From Marsupella aquatica (taxonomy: Eukaryota > Plantae > Marchantiophyta): a stretch of DNA of 64,000 nucleotides. This document shows, one piece after another, positions 13,738 through 25,208 of the stretch. Where the stretch lies: positions 19,789,869 to 19,853,868 of the forward strand of contig OZ316892.1 in NCBI GenBank assembly GCA_973895155.1. The letters run 5' to 3'. The translations under genes and the position numbers were made by a program. Within the stretch, counting starts at the first letter, position 1; the number at the start of each line of letters is the position of its first letter. The notes beneath the pieces were generated by a model that saw nothing but the letters and a program-made list of their open reading frames with translations, made no database searches and had not been told where the DNA came from.

Positions 13738-14205
13738 ATGGCTGCATTGGAGAATCTAATCGTTGCAAAGATGGGATCCGTTTTAGCCCACAAGCGTAGG
13801 AAATATATTCGAGGAAAAGTGCCTGGTGTGGAATGCGGAAGTTTGTTGAATGGACTTCCCGATCAACTCGTTGAATCTCACATTTGGCCCCTCCTAGCCT
13901 TGTCTTGCACACAAGATGAACACCTTGGCCTTGACCTAAAACTTCTACCAGAAGAACGACTGACTTGAATGAGAACAATCATTTGTCTTGGAGCCACCTC
14001 AAAGAAATGGAACCATCTTGTTGTTGGTACACGATTTTGGGCGCTATTGAAATATGCACTCCGTGAGATCAATGACATAAACAAAATGCTCGCAAGAATT
14101 CCTAATGCCGACCTTCTCTCAAACATACATATTGCTAGGGTCTTCCAAGAGGAAACTCATTTCCTCCCTCCCATAGATATGCTTGGGTGCTTTTCGTATG
14201 AGTAG
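13738..14205 (+). pseudogene. F-box-like small ORF split by one in-frame TGA
   Basis: ORFs 13738-13968 and 13969-14205 abut in the same frame. LLNGLPDQLVESHIWPLL...CLGATSKKWNHLV resembles the F-box consensus LP.E....I...L....L..VSK.W..L. Confidence 0.5.
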
Positions 14206-14454
14206 TTAGATCAGTTTCGTAGAGTTTGGATAAATCTTGGAGAAAGCGGGAAGCGGACAATTCTTGCATGGCATGGACGAGTCTGAGTGGATGAGGCATT
14301 GCTGCGAACATCCGATAAATTTATCGCACTCGGACTCATTCCTCTAGTCGATTTTGGGTGCTCTAAGGTTTGCTTGAGAAGAGCTTGTAAAGAAACACTT
14401 TGAATGTAATTGACTCTGCCTCCCCTAACTTCGGGTTGTGTGGTTCAGAGTGTA

Positions 14455-14725
14455 TTTATCTGATGTTGGTATTGCAAAAGTGGTTCCTTCATATGGAAGT
14501 TGCAATTTGAAATTGAAGCGATAAATTTATCTGATGTTGGTATTGCAAAAGTGGTTCCTTCATATGGAAGTTGCAATTTGAAATTGAAACGATAAATTTA
14601 TCTGATGTTGGTATTGCAAAAGTGGTTCCTTCATATGGAAGTTGCAATTTTGAAATTGAAGCGATAAATTTATCTGATATTGGTATTGTGAAGAGTTTTC
14701 TTCATATGGATAGGAATTTTGAAAT
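14455..14725. repeat. 71-72 bp tandem repeat, about 3.8 copies
   Basis: TTTATCTGATGTTGGTATTGCAAAAGTGGTTCCTTCATATGGAAGTTGCAATTTGAAATTGAAGCGATAAA is repeated. Confidence 0.93.
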
Positions 14726-15339
14726 TTAACCGATGAACCGAAGGATCTTAGTATTGTCGACTAGTATTTTTGTCGCCCGTAGTTTTTGTGATAATTTTGT
14801 CGGACTGCGCATTGCTGTTGAAAGAATGGCATGTTGACTATGGTCACTTGCGGAGGTAACTGGTCAATTGCGGAGGTAACTGCAAGGTAAGTTTGACGAA
14901 CCGTGCAGTAATTCTTATCGACTGTGATGTAAAATATTTTTGGTAAATATCCAAAAACTGAGAAAACTGAGATTGGGTCGGAGCTTTCGTGGCTCAAATC
15001 CGGAGTCCGATACAATTATCGCACTTGGCTCAAAACGCGGATATGGATTTATAGATAAGACCTTTCATATATCTTCGGAGAGCGTGAATATGAGGTTGAG
15101 GAGAAAGTTTTTTGGATCTAAGTGTTCCTTGATAATATGAATGTTTGTTAGCATGAATTTCATTGGTTTTGATCATTAGTAAATTTGCTGTTTCAATCCG
15201 AACTCCGATACGAATTACATTATTTCCCCAAAAATGTGTTTTTGATGAAAAAAACTGCCGATTTCGCAAGATTCGGCGGAAAATGAAAATACACTTCTCG
15301 TTTAGAGGAAATAGTTCTCGTTCGGTCCGAAATCGTGTT

Positions 15340-17765
15340 AACCGCTCTATTTTGGTCCGTTTTGCATCCTTCAAATAGACCAACCTTTTTTTTCTGTTGC
15401 CATGCTTTCATTCCAGCATGTCTAGATTCCGAACCAGTACAATTAGGAATCATCCCAGCCTCTTCGGCACTCTTGCTCTGAAACATTGCACGCAAGGGTC
15501 TAGTACATGTAAGAAATTGCACACAAAAGTGGCAACACAATGGCAATAACAGTAGCGCCAAACGCTAATAAACTGATGATGATATTTCCATGTAAAGAAC
15601 CGTTTAACACAGAACAAAGGCAGTCCTTACATCACGAATAGTCCAAACGGATTATTAGCGCTCGGCGCTACTATTGTGGGATAACGAACTCTTCTATCTC
15701 ATAATGCTTCACTAGCGCCGAGCGCTATTAATGGGAACATGCATCCTAGAGCAGTGTATAACTCACCAGTCTTATGAAGTTCCCCCATTGTCTCCATCGG
15801 ACAACCCACCAAGACAGCCACCCTTGTAGCATCCGAAGTTTGCCTGAGTGACAATTGCCAGACCTCCACCAGTCATTGATTTCCCTCGAGATTCGATATG
15901 CTTTCAAGAAAGTTGGCGCGTTCCAAAGACGATCCCACATCTCCTTGTGCTCTCCGTGCTTTCCATCTTTTACACCTTCTCGGGAATGACGATGAAAAGA
16001 TTGGAAAAAATGAAAGGCATCTGATCTTTCTCGCTCTGGGTCGGGTACACCGTCAAAGAACACGTTTCAAACAGCATTCCAACCAGCCTGAGCATTGTCC
16101 GCCATGAATCCCCAAATTGTAACATCTTTTAAACCATTTTCATCGGCAACCTCTAACATCAAACGCCAGGCTCTCTCCAGAGATTTTGCATCTTTGGCCT
16201 TTAGCTCACAAATGAAGATGGTGCAAAGTGCCCGGTGATGATGATCATATACATGGGCACTGAAAGTAAGCCAATCTGCCGTGCTTCGATGCATCACGTC
16301 AAAACTTACCCATGAACCCTCTAACGACCCACCAGGTTTCATTCTTTGGAGCAGGTCCAGACCACTCCCGTCACCTTTTACGGTCATTTTAAAGATATGA
16401 GCACTCTCGTCACGACAGCCTTGACCAGGGAGCAAGAACCTATGGAGAAAAGGCAGTCGGATACACTTTTGCATCCTCACAAGAAATTCCAGTTCCCCTT
16501 TCCCCTTCTGATCTTGACGGACACTCCTTAAGACAGATGCAAACTTCTGAGGAGATGCGACGACCATTAGGGACTCCCAGATAAGGCTCTTCTTCAAGAG
16601 AGATTTCTTCAACAGAGGCCTCGCAAAATGTATTTGTCAGTGTCTTAGTCGTAGAGTTTTTAATCCCTGCTGAGGATGCCATGGGGTTTGCAGTGAATCC
16701 CTTCTCCAGATGAGACCTTGCAACCTTTTCTACCTCCCTCGAAAAGACCCATCGACTGGGATGATTGTGAAATCCCATATGAACAGCTAGTCGTGACATG
16801 TGGGCCAAAGACTTCACGTCAACTTTTGCAGATGGATACATGTAGAACATTAGAGCAGGGCAGGCCTCAACTCACATCGGAGGTTCAGAGCAATGGTGAC
16901 AAACAACTCCACCTTCGAAGATCAATTCCCCAACTCGGAATGGGTCCAAAAGTTTTGGGGTTCTTGCCCACATCTCATTATTTCAAAACTTGTTGTCTTT
17001 CCACCACGGACAAGCATTATTTTGACACTGCAGCGATCCCGTACACTGGACTTTCCCGAAATCCCACATTTTCTTTGGAAGAACATTTGAAGACGTTTTC
17101 ACAATCCGAGTCCAATAATAACAATCCTTACAACGATCCATATCTTTCAAACGTTCACCTTTTGCGTTCACACAGTCTACAGGGGGTAACTCAAAAACCA
17201 CATTCCCATTGTAAGATGTGGGAAGACTAGGCACTACGTGATGAACAAAATCACACCCCCTTATAAACCAAGACAATTCACTATGACCTTTGGATTTCAA
17301 GATTGTATCCATTGCACTCTACCGGTACACATTCAAAGGCCCAATCTTTTCTCGATCCGCATTAGACTCCTTTTTAACCTCGGATGGGTAAACTAGAATC
17401 TTCTCTCCGAGAGTAGTTGTCGCTTGCTTATCATCTCCAGAACTTTCCGAGAGTTCGATGACATCGAGTTCAGCCGTTGTGGGAGGACAAGTATAGGAGG
17501 CCCCAGAATCTCTCAAAACAAAAACCTCATATTCTTTCTGAGCCTCCAGAGTCCAATATCTTTGACCATGAACAACATCGTAGAAAACTGGAGTCTCCCC
17601 CAAACAAACCGACACTAACGAGATCGCTAAAATAGACTCCTTGGGGACATCAAATCTCACTCCCAAATATTCCTCTGAAACACGCTTTGATTCAGATGAT
17701 TCGAGGACGGGAATTGTGATTACATCCCGAGTGTCCTTCCTCGTGACAACGATATTTTGAGCCAT
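15340..17765 (-). pseudogene. 5' and core part of MULE-type DDE transposase (stops, frameshift, one intron at 15478-15766)
   Basis: N-terminal Cys/His motif CTGSLQCQNNAC..CHHC..H.H. Catalytic-like motifs WVSFDVMHR (D), GFMADNAQAGWNAV (D), DAFH (C/DxxH) and NCTGSESRH (E). A phase-0 GT..AG intron joins ORFs 15746-16063 and 15220-15561. Confidence 0.8.
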
Positions 17766-17934
17766 GGCTTCAAAAGAGGGATATGCATTTGCCCCGTGGG
17801 AAATGAAATATGTTTATCATGAGATTCGAGTACGAGAAGTAAACGTTCCATTATCATTATAGAGTCGTTATAGATTTGGACGCACTCCATCAATGACGTT
17901 TTGTCGTCTTACCAACGGCAGGATTCGGGTTCAT

Positions 17935-18090
17935 AGTTACTAGCGCCTGGCGCTACCTCTAAGTGTAAAACACTCTTGGGTGAGGACTACGAATGCCAAT
18001 AATAATAGCGCCTGGCGCTACCTCTAGGTGCAAACATTCTTGGGTGAGGAGTACGAAGGCAATAAATAATAGCGCCTGGCGCTACCTATT
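17935..18090. repeat. About 65-bp tandem repeat, each unit carrying TAGCGCCTGGCGCTA
   Basis: Palindromes at 17941, 18006 and 18070. CTTGGGTGAGGA.TACGAA flanks are shared by the first two units. Lies just upstream of the transposase ATG. Confidence 0.85.
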
Positions 18091-18360
18091 TCAATGGACT
18101 TGAAAACATTCAATGGAAGGAAAAGTACAATAACGCGATACAGTACGAGTCATTAAGTTGGCACGCTTGAAGATCTCCACTGGATCTTCTCGAATCCGAT
18201 CCGCCCGGGTCCAAATGTGTCAGAGAGGAAGCGTCCACAAAGTTATATCAGAGGGGCCTCTTCAAAGTGGGTACCCAGGACCAAGTGCGAACTCTCCTTA
18301 TATCTAGTCGTTCCCCTCGGATGTCCTCATTGTCAAGCCATTCTTGACTGAGTCGCAGTT

Positions 18361-18972
18361 GTGCCTCATCTTTCGGGCGTGTGGTTCCCGTTCTCGCTTT
18401 CGGGCCCAGTTGTTCTTTTTGGCTTCGTGCGCGTTATTGTTCTCCTTCTCATCCTCGTTTCTCATTCTCGTCCTAGTTCACGCTGTTGTCCTCCTTCACG
18501 TTCTCGTTTGCGCTTCTTTTTGTCGTCCTCGTCCTCACTTTCAATGGCACCTCCACAAGGGAAGGCAAAGGAGGAGGCACTTCCCCCGAGCGATACCGAC
18601 CGGGAGACCCCCGTATCAAATAGCTTACCGCCTCGGTCGAATGCCGAGAGGACGATGGTTCCAATCTCAAAGAAGGGGAAACTCATCTCAAAGACGAAGA
18701 ATGTTCCAACTGTGGGCCGCAGCGAAGGATCCAGTCGGCCAAATGTGAGCGGCCCGACTTCTGTTCCCGCTAGGGATATCGCCACTGCTTCAGTCGGCCG
18801 TCCAAGAGCCGACACTATCTGCACGAGAGTCTCCGTATCTTCTTCATCTACTGAGAGTGATCATTCTTCGAGCGGGGACTCATCACCGAGCAGGCAAGGA
18901 TTTGCGTGGTATGGATCGAGCGATTCGAATGACGACTCCGATGCGTACAAGCCAAGTTGGTGGGAAGACTGA
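18361..18972 (+). CDS. Possible Ser/Pro/Lys-rich accessory ORF (ATG at about 18544)
   Basis: Low-complexity open frame between the two divergent genes. No recognisable domain, and open frames overlap on the other strand. Confidence 0.25.
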   Translation: MPHLSGVWFPFSLSGPVVLFGFVRVIVLLLILVSHSRPSSRCCPPSRSRLRFFLSSSSSLSMAPPQGKAKEEALPPSDTDRETPVSNSLPPRSNAERTMVPISKKGKLISKTKNVPTVGRSEGSSRPNVSGPTSVPARDIATASVGRPRADTICTRVSVSSSSTESDHSSSGDSSPSRQGFAWYGSSDSNDDSDAYKPSWWED

Positions 18973-20088
18973 TTTCCCGTTGTCAGAGCGTATCGTTCGA
19001 GTGCTCGAGAGACTTGGAGGATCCACCGAGGTTGATAGGATCTGTTTCCACTCGTTTTTCCCTAGAGAAAACCCATACCGTTCCTTCCTCGTATACCGGA
19101 TTTCTAGTGTAATGTAACATTTTGTATATGAACGGCACAGCCATTTGTTTTTACCTCGGTGTCATTGCTTTTGAATTCAGAAGACCAAGCCTAAATTTCC
19201 GGTTCTACTCCCGTGTTTGCATTGTATTTCTGAATGCGAACCTGATCTATTTCTTTGAAATAGCCGTAAACACTCGTTTGCTGTCAATGTTTTTACTAGC
19301 GTTCGGCGCTATTATGAGAAACAAAGTGTCAGTAACACTGTCTTGACATGTCTTATCTCTAAAGTGTTTTTGATAGCTTTGGACGCTATTAATGAAAGGA
19401 ATCACAAGGCAGGAGTTATTTCTACTTTTATTTCAACAAATTCTGTTTAATTGATGTGCATTTTAATAGCGCCAGGCGCTATTGTAATTCATTGGAATAT
19501 TCATTGAATTAATGGGTTCATGTGGTCATGTTTGTTGTCATTGGACTCGGATTTCATCATTTATTTGAATACTAGCGCCGAGCGCTAATAAAGTTGGCTT
19601 GTCGATACCTTCACAAAATTGGAAAATTTATAGACAATTGTGTTGATATTACTGCCCGTAGCTACATTTGAAAGTATGTTGAATAATAGCGCCTGGCGCT
19701 ATCCACAACTACCGACACTGATGTGGTTCCAACGGTCACTTTCCAACGGTAATATTATAGTAGATTGAGGTTCACGGACCCCTTTTTGCTTTTGTCTGGG
19801 ATGAAAGTCCAATCGGATAATGCCATCTATACTTGGGACCGTTGTAATCGAATGGCTGGTTCTATTGTATCGGTGTTTAATACGAGGTGGAGATCGCTCG
19901 TTTGGGATAATTTAGTCTGTCTACGCGCTCAGACCTCGGACTATACGAGTTTGTCAAGTGCATATGTGCGTCCTTTATTGGTCCCGTACATTTTGAGACG
20001 TGATCGTCACAAGAACTGCACGGCACGTACGATAGTGCCGGGTGGTCGAGTCGCTCTCCATGGAAACTTTTGGCTAGGTGATACGAGA

Positions 20089-23000
20089 ATGGGGGAGGCT
20101 GATGGTGGTCATTCTGAGTCCTCTCAGTCTTCGTTCGCTGGTTCAATATACACCCGTTGCGTCACTCGATCGACTGCGTCCCTATCGACTTCCAAAGCTG
20201 AATCTGCACAGCCCTTCCCGAGGTCAAGGAGAGGGAGAATGGACCCTAAGGAGGTCTCCATGGGTGAAGTCAGTGACATAGGCTTATCGATGACGAGGTA
20301 ATATCAAAGCACGCATTGTCGTTCGGGAAGGATTTTTGAGGATTCGATAAGGAGCCACCTCAAATTCCTCTTTGTAGATTGCTCCCCATGGAGGTTGTTC
20401 GAACATTACAGAAAGAAAGTTCATCGATCGAGAAGTTGAAAGAATCATTCCGTGTCACCGGGTACAACTCGCGCATTGGGATGCCTTTCTACGTTCAACC
20501 TGCGAATGCCGACGGGGTTTCTCAGATATGCACTAGCGAGATCCGAGACTCTTGGGATCCAATCTGGGTCGCAGAGAACGACAAGTTTGAGGAAGAGTGT
20601 GATGCGGACCCAACGTTCCATATTCTAAAAGATAAAATGTTTTGTGTGTTTGACGGAAATCATCAATTGTACTCATGGTCAATCGTCACGAGGGAGAATC
20701 CGGACAACTTGAAGTATCATCCTCGTGTGATTTGCATCATTTTCAATGGTGACAGAGGTTCGCTAGTTGAGCTCAAGGCGGCAATGCACACCGTGAACTA
20801 GTAAGTTCTATTCGTTAACTGTTGTTACCCTTGTCATTCATTTTGGACCAAACATGCTTTGTGAAAGTGTTCATTCCCCAATTTTTGCTAGCGCCCGGCG
20901 CTACTAATTCCTTTTCATTGCATCCAGGCTTGGACAAGCAGTCGTCGAGCCTTCCTGGATTCTTGACGCAGACAGAATTTCCCCAATTTTGTCGCGTGAT
21001 CTTGATCACTATAAGCCACTCATCGACAGCGCAAACATGGCAAAGTTTGAGGCAATCCAAAAGAAGACGAGAAAGGGGTCTTGGTTTACACATAAAATGC
21101 CGCAGGATGCTCTCATCTACATTCTGTGTGTGGAAAAAATCAAGTCTTATTCAAATCAATTTAAGTCTGATATGGCTTTAGCCAAAGCTCAAGGGGCTTC
21201 TTGGTCAGAAGAGGAGACCACAAAGAGGCATGAGGCAATGATGAAGGAGGCGACCAAAGATTGGTCGATCAAAGTGACGAAGATCACCCCTTTACTTCAT
21301 CCGGATTTTGGAGATTATTTGGGAACCTGTGCTGAGATGTATCCCGTAACTGAGAAGAACAAACGGGAGAAGAAGCCAGACACAGTTGTATGCACAATGG
21401 ATCGAGCCAGGTTGTTTACTGTTGTTTCATACCTGGATCCAAAATTGAGGTGCACCCTTCTAGTAGCCCACTGCACTCCCGAGATTCGGAAACAGTTTTT
21501 CCATCCTGCAAGTATCAACGACGAGCCTGTGAAGCAGTGGTGCCATACATGGCATACTTGGAATTATGTGGAGGGAATTGCAATTGGAATGCTTCACACT
21601 TCCTTCAAACAGATTTTTGACCGGATGCCGGCTGACCGTCTCACAAAGTCTGGGTGTGAGTCAATGGAGGCCATGCTTAAGATCATTCTCGATGAATTCA
21701 GAAACTTTGGGGATCTTGTGAAGGCAAAATTCTTCAACAACTTGTGGTCTTCCAAATATGCGGACAAGGAAGATTACACAGAGCGGAACCGGAAGAGAGC
21801 CAAACGATATCTATACCGGTTTTACATGTGGATGGAGCTTAGATCTCCTGACACTCTGTGGGCATACCCGGCTGCATTTCAGAAATGGGTGTCTATCGAA
21901 GAGGGAGACGCTCTTGCCGACCTGTATTCGATGTACCCAGCGGAGGGAAAGCTTCCACCACGATCATTGTCGGAGTGGGAGAGACTTCACTGTCCGTGGT
22001 ACCTTGACACAGACAAATGGGATTTACCGTTCGACGAAGCTGAGAGGGATGCCTTCATGAAGTTGCAGAAGTCCCAGATCCCTGCCAACTATGTGTCTGC
22101 AATGAAGCAAGGTCTCCAGTCTGATGTTGACGAATCTGCATCTGAGTTACAGAAGAATTGTGAGTCTCTTGTCATGCACGTTGACCGAAGCCGTAAGCCA
22201 AGAGCAAAGGCGAAGAATGAGTCAGCTGCACCAAGTGACTCCACAAGGTCCTTCAAGAAAAGTGAGTAGTCTAAGCACTTTTTGGTTACTTGTTGGCGCT
22301 GCTTATGCAGGAGTTTCATTTGGAAATTCCTTTGATTAATAGCGCCTGGCGCTAGTCTGAAAGGTTGGACTCATTCAAGTTTTTGTGCCTAATAGGAGGT
22401 CGAAAGTCCGACACGGAGGTCCCGGCTGCCGAAGGGAAGAATGATGCAACTCCTCAAGCATCGGAGGCAAACACAGGAGCTCAAGAAACCCCGGATCAAG
22501 GGACCCCGGATGGTGCTGGCAAATCCATTGTCCCTCTTGACGCAACTAGCACGAAGAAAAATAAAAAGAGAGGCGTCGGTGAGGACAGAGCAGCATCATC
22601 TACTCGAGATGTTATTTCCTGTGGACTCCAGAGAGATGTCGGGAATTTTAAGCGAAGGTGTTCTAGACACTGTTTTGTGGAGTCCAATTTAAACAAATTT
22701 TACGATTTGGTATTTAACAAGGGGATGAAGCCCATGTGGGTTACTAAAGTTGAGGCCTGGGGAAAGGAATTGGTAAAGTCAGGAGACAGAGAGAAGGGAG
22801 TAATGCGTGGCGGAAAAGAGAGGGGCTTTGGTGTGGATGCTGGTTTCATCTACATTCCCACTGGGTTAAAACCAACACTTCTTGATCGGAAGGTTCCCAA
22901 GTGGAACCTTCAGGATTACACTATTCCCAGCTCTTTCTTCCAAGCCATGGAGCCGTTCCTTGCAGACGATGGCCTACTTGCAATTTTACACAGAGGAGAC

Positions 23001-24297
23001 TATGATCAGGTATCTGAAGTGATTGCGGCTTGCCAGGATTCTAAGTGTTTCCAGTGTATTTCAACCCACCATGTGGTCATGACTACACCAATGTATAGGC
23101 CCCGATCTGATACTCAGGTAACAATTCCTCTTGCACATACTAGCGCCCGACGCTACTATCAGCATTCGCAATATCTACAATTCACTTATCTTTCGTAAGG
23201 ATGAATGGTTGACTAGCGCCAAGCGCTAATATATGTGTCTGTTTTCTTATACTGCCTTCATTGGGAAACTGTGTTGCAGATATTCACACTTACTCTTAAT
23301 ATATTTTGCCGCATTTTGACAAAGGGAAGGGTCCCAAAAGACCCCAAGTTCCGGCCACTATCAAATGAAGAAGACCCTTCCGTCACTAACATTATTGGGT
23401 TTTTGTTGCCGCGACATGACCCGACTCCTGAGCTCCAATTTGCAGGAAATTCACGATTGCCTGTGGGTTTCATGCAAACTATTTTGGAATTGGTGACTCT
23501 TCCTGGAGATATCGTTATGGACTGGACAGTAGGTTCCGGTAGTACGTTTGTGGCTGGAGATTATTCTGGTCGCTTTGTTGTTGGGCTGGAAAATCGTCCA
23601 GAGTTTGTTGATACTTCCGGTAAGGTCTTCCTTGATCTTTTACAGAACAAAGAAGTGGTTGCACCAACTCCTCCTAAGAAGATTCCTGGAAGTAAGAAGC
23701 AAGACAGGCTCCATGCTATTCTAAATTTTGATTCGGAAGATGAGGATGAGGGTGGCAATGCTTCTCAGCAATCTAAAGATGATGAGGTGTCGAAGAATGT
23801 GGTGGACCTTGGATCTGGAGATGAGGACAATGAAGAGTCAGAAGAGTAATTTTCTTTAACTTTCTTTCTCTCGTTGTATACTTTTTTCCAAAGAACTCCT
23901 CTACTCCCTTTTGTCTAGAAAATTCGCCTGATTTCCCGACTTTGACTAAAGAACTCCAGTTCAAATTCTCAGGTCAGAGTGGAATCTTCGGAGGCATTTT
24001 CAACTTGGAAGGAACATCTCTAGGAACGTTGTACAGACCCCGGAGAAGCCATTTGTTCTACCCTCTTATGCTGAAAAGGCGGCACGACGGGCAGATTCAG
24101 TCAGGACGCTTACTTGGGAGAGTAAGGGTCTTAGACTCAGGAGAGGCTCAGATAGAAAGTTTGTGCAGAATCACTTGGTAGATGATATTGCAAAATCCAA
24201 GTATGTGGACGACGAAGCAGAGTCCACTGATAGATCAGAAAGTAGCGGCTCTGAATCGGGCTCAGAGTCGAGTGGTGGTTGTGGATCTGGTCTTTAG
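20089..24297 (+). pseudogene. Multi-exon gene: ParB/Srx-like N-terminal domain, helical middle, beta-class N4/N6 DNA methyltransferase-like C-terminal domain
   Basis: ParB-like motifs IPLCRLLPMEVVR and FCVFDGNHQLYSW. MTase-like motifs VDAGFIYIP, FLADDGLLAILH and RLPVGFMQTILELVTLPGDIVMDWTVGSGSTFVAGDYSGRFVVGLE. Frame-consistent GT-AG introns at 20801-20927, 22262-22395, 23118-23279 and probably 23846-23972. Lesions: TGA at 20337, a split TA|G codon at intron 1, and a 5' frameshift. Confidence 0.75.
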
Positions 24298-24554
24298 TTC
24301 TCCTTGTTTTATTTACCCGTTTATGAAGAACGACGACACTCAATAAGAATGCCGTGACGTGTCGGATTAGAGTAGCGCCCGGCGCTATTACTGTAGCCGG
24401 TAGTTCAAAGAGGTTTTTATTTGGTTGTTTTCCTTATAGCGCCCGGCGCTAGTATAAATGTACTCAATGGCCGCTTCACGTCCAATATATGTGACAATAT
24501 TTTCATACCCTTCGGTGTCTTTCTTTGGGTGCACATTTGCTGGTATGAGTTAAA

Positions 24555-24610
24555 TTGCTGTTTGCTGTTTGCTGTTTGCTGTTTGCTGTTTACTGTTTGC
24601 TGTTTGCTGT
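24555..24610. repeat. (TTTGCTG)n 7-bp microsatellite
   Basis: About 8 near-perfect units. Confidence 0.95.
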
Positions 24611-25208
24611 CACAGAGAGATCCCCCTTTGCTATAGATGAGTACAGAATGGAAGAATGAAATACTCTTTAGTCTTGTCATTTAATAGTCTTGTCCTCTCC
24701 ATGTCCCGGGTTAATTGTTTAAATAGAGACTAATGGTTCACAGTTGAAATAGAGACAAAGTGGTTTTGTTGCAGAGAAGAAGCTCTTTACTTGCTATACT
24801 AGTATCAGAGTTTTGTCTATCTTGATCAATGCTAGGCCTACTATCGGTCTTGCCGTCCGATTGAAAACTCTGGTATGGTCAATGGTATGTTTTGAGTTTC
24901 TTCATCTTGTCTCCTGCTGTTGCTTCTCTTTTATGAATCTTGGAATCCTATTTGGTACTCTATTATGGTTAATGGAGTCTTGTTTGTGTTTGGGGTACAT
25001 AGAATGACCAACTGTTGGCATTGGGAAAGTCTTGAGCCTGTCTGAGCTTGTCCTTTAAAACGTTCAGGGATTCATCCCTGTATATAAACTGAAATTCTGG
25101 GTTAGTGATGAAATCTCCAGTTTTTTAACCATGGTCTTATAGTTGCAGGAGCGAGTGGACCTGCTGTGGACGTGAGCAAAGCAGCACAGGACGTGATCGA
25201 GAAAAGCT

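Larger units (their letters stand above)
12748..15021. repeat. Dispersed palindrome CGATAAATTTATCG, about 10 copies
   Basis: Copies start at 12748, 12841, 12917, 12973, 13066, 14313, 14519, 14590, 14662 and 15008, some with 1-2 mismatches. Confidence 0.9.
12304..15339. mobile_element. Non-autonomous TIR DNA transposon, 3.0 kb, 4-bp TSD; superfamily uncertain
   Basis: TIR AACACGATTTCGGACCGA(C/A)CGAGAA, 24/25 match between ends. TSD AACC at 12300-12303 and 15340-15343. Excision restores the transposase reading frame. Confidence 0.9.
1555..24451. repeat. Dispersed 15-bp palindrome TAGCGCCNGGCGCTA, 18 copies
   Basis: Copies start at 1555, 15553, 15656, 15713, 17941, 18006, 18070, 19297, 19374 (degenerate), 19467, 19573, 19687, 20889, 22340, 23141, 23214, 24373 and 24437. 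None was seen inside the two nested insertions (2917-12153 and 12304-15339). Confidence 0.92.
1400..24550. mobile_element. Mutator-like (MULE-type) unit: transposase plus divergent ParB-methyltransferase-like gene; ends approximate
   Basis: Span inferred from the shared palindrome (1555 to 24451) and the two divergent genes. No TIR or TSD was confidently identified. Confidence 0.6.

Noticed and set aside
14455-14725. 71-bp repeats as CRISPR
   Set aside because: Whole units are duplicated and there are no unique spacers.
17935-19701. Palindromic repeats with spacers as a CRISPR array
   Set aside because: The repeat is only 15 bp, spacing is irregular, the spacers in the tandem part resemble each other, there are no cas genes, and the context is eukaryotic.
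20379-23849. ParB and MTase ORFs as a bacterial or phage operon (contamination)
   Set aside because: The ORFs join through frame-consistent GT-AG introns and are embedded among plant TEs.
1415-24550. Weak inverted similarity (AAATGTGC at about 1427 versus GCACATTT at about 24531) as MULE TIRs
   Set aside because: The match is too short and no convincing TSD was found, so the ends are left undefined.
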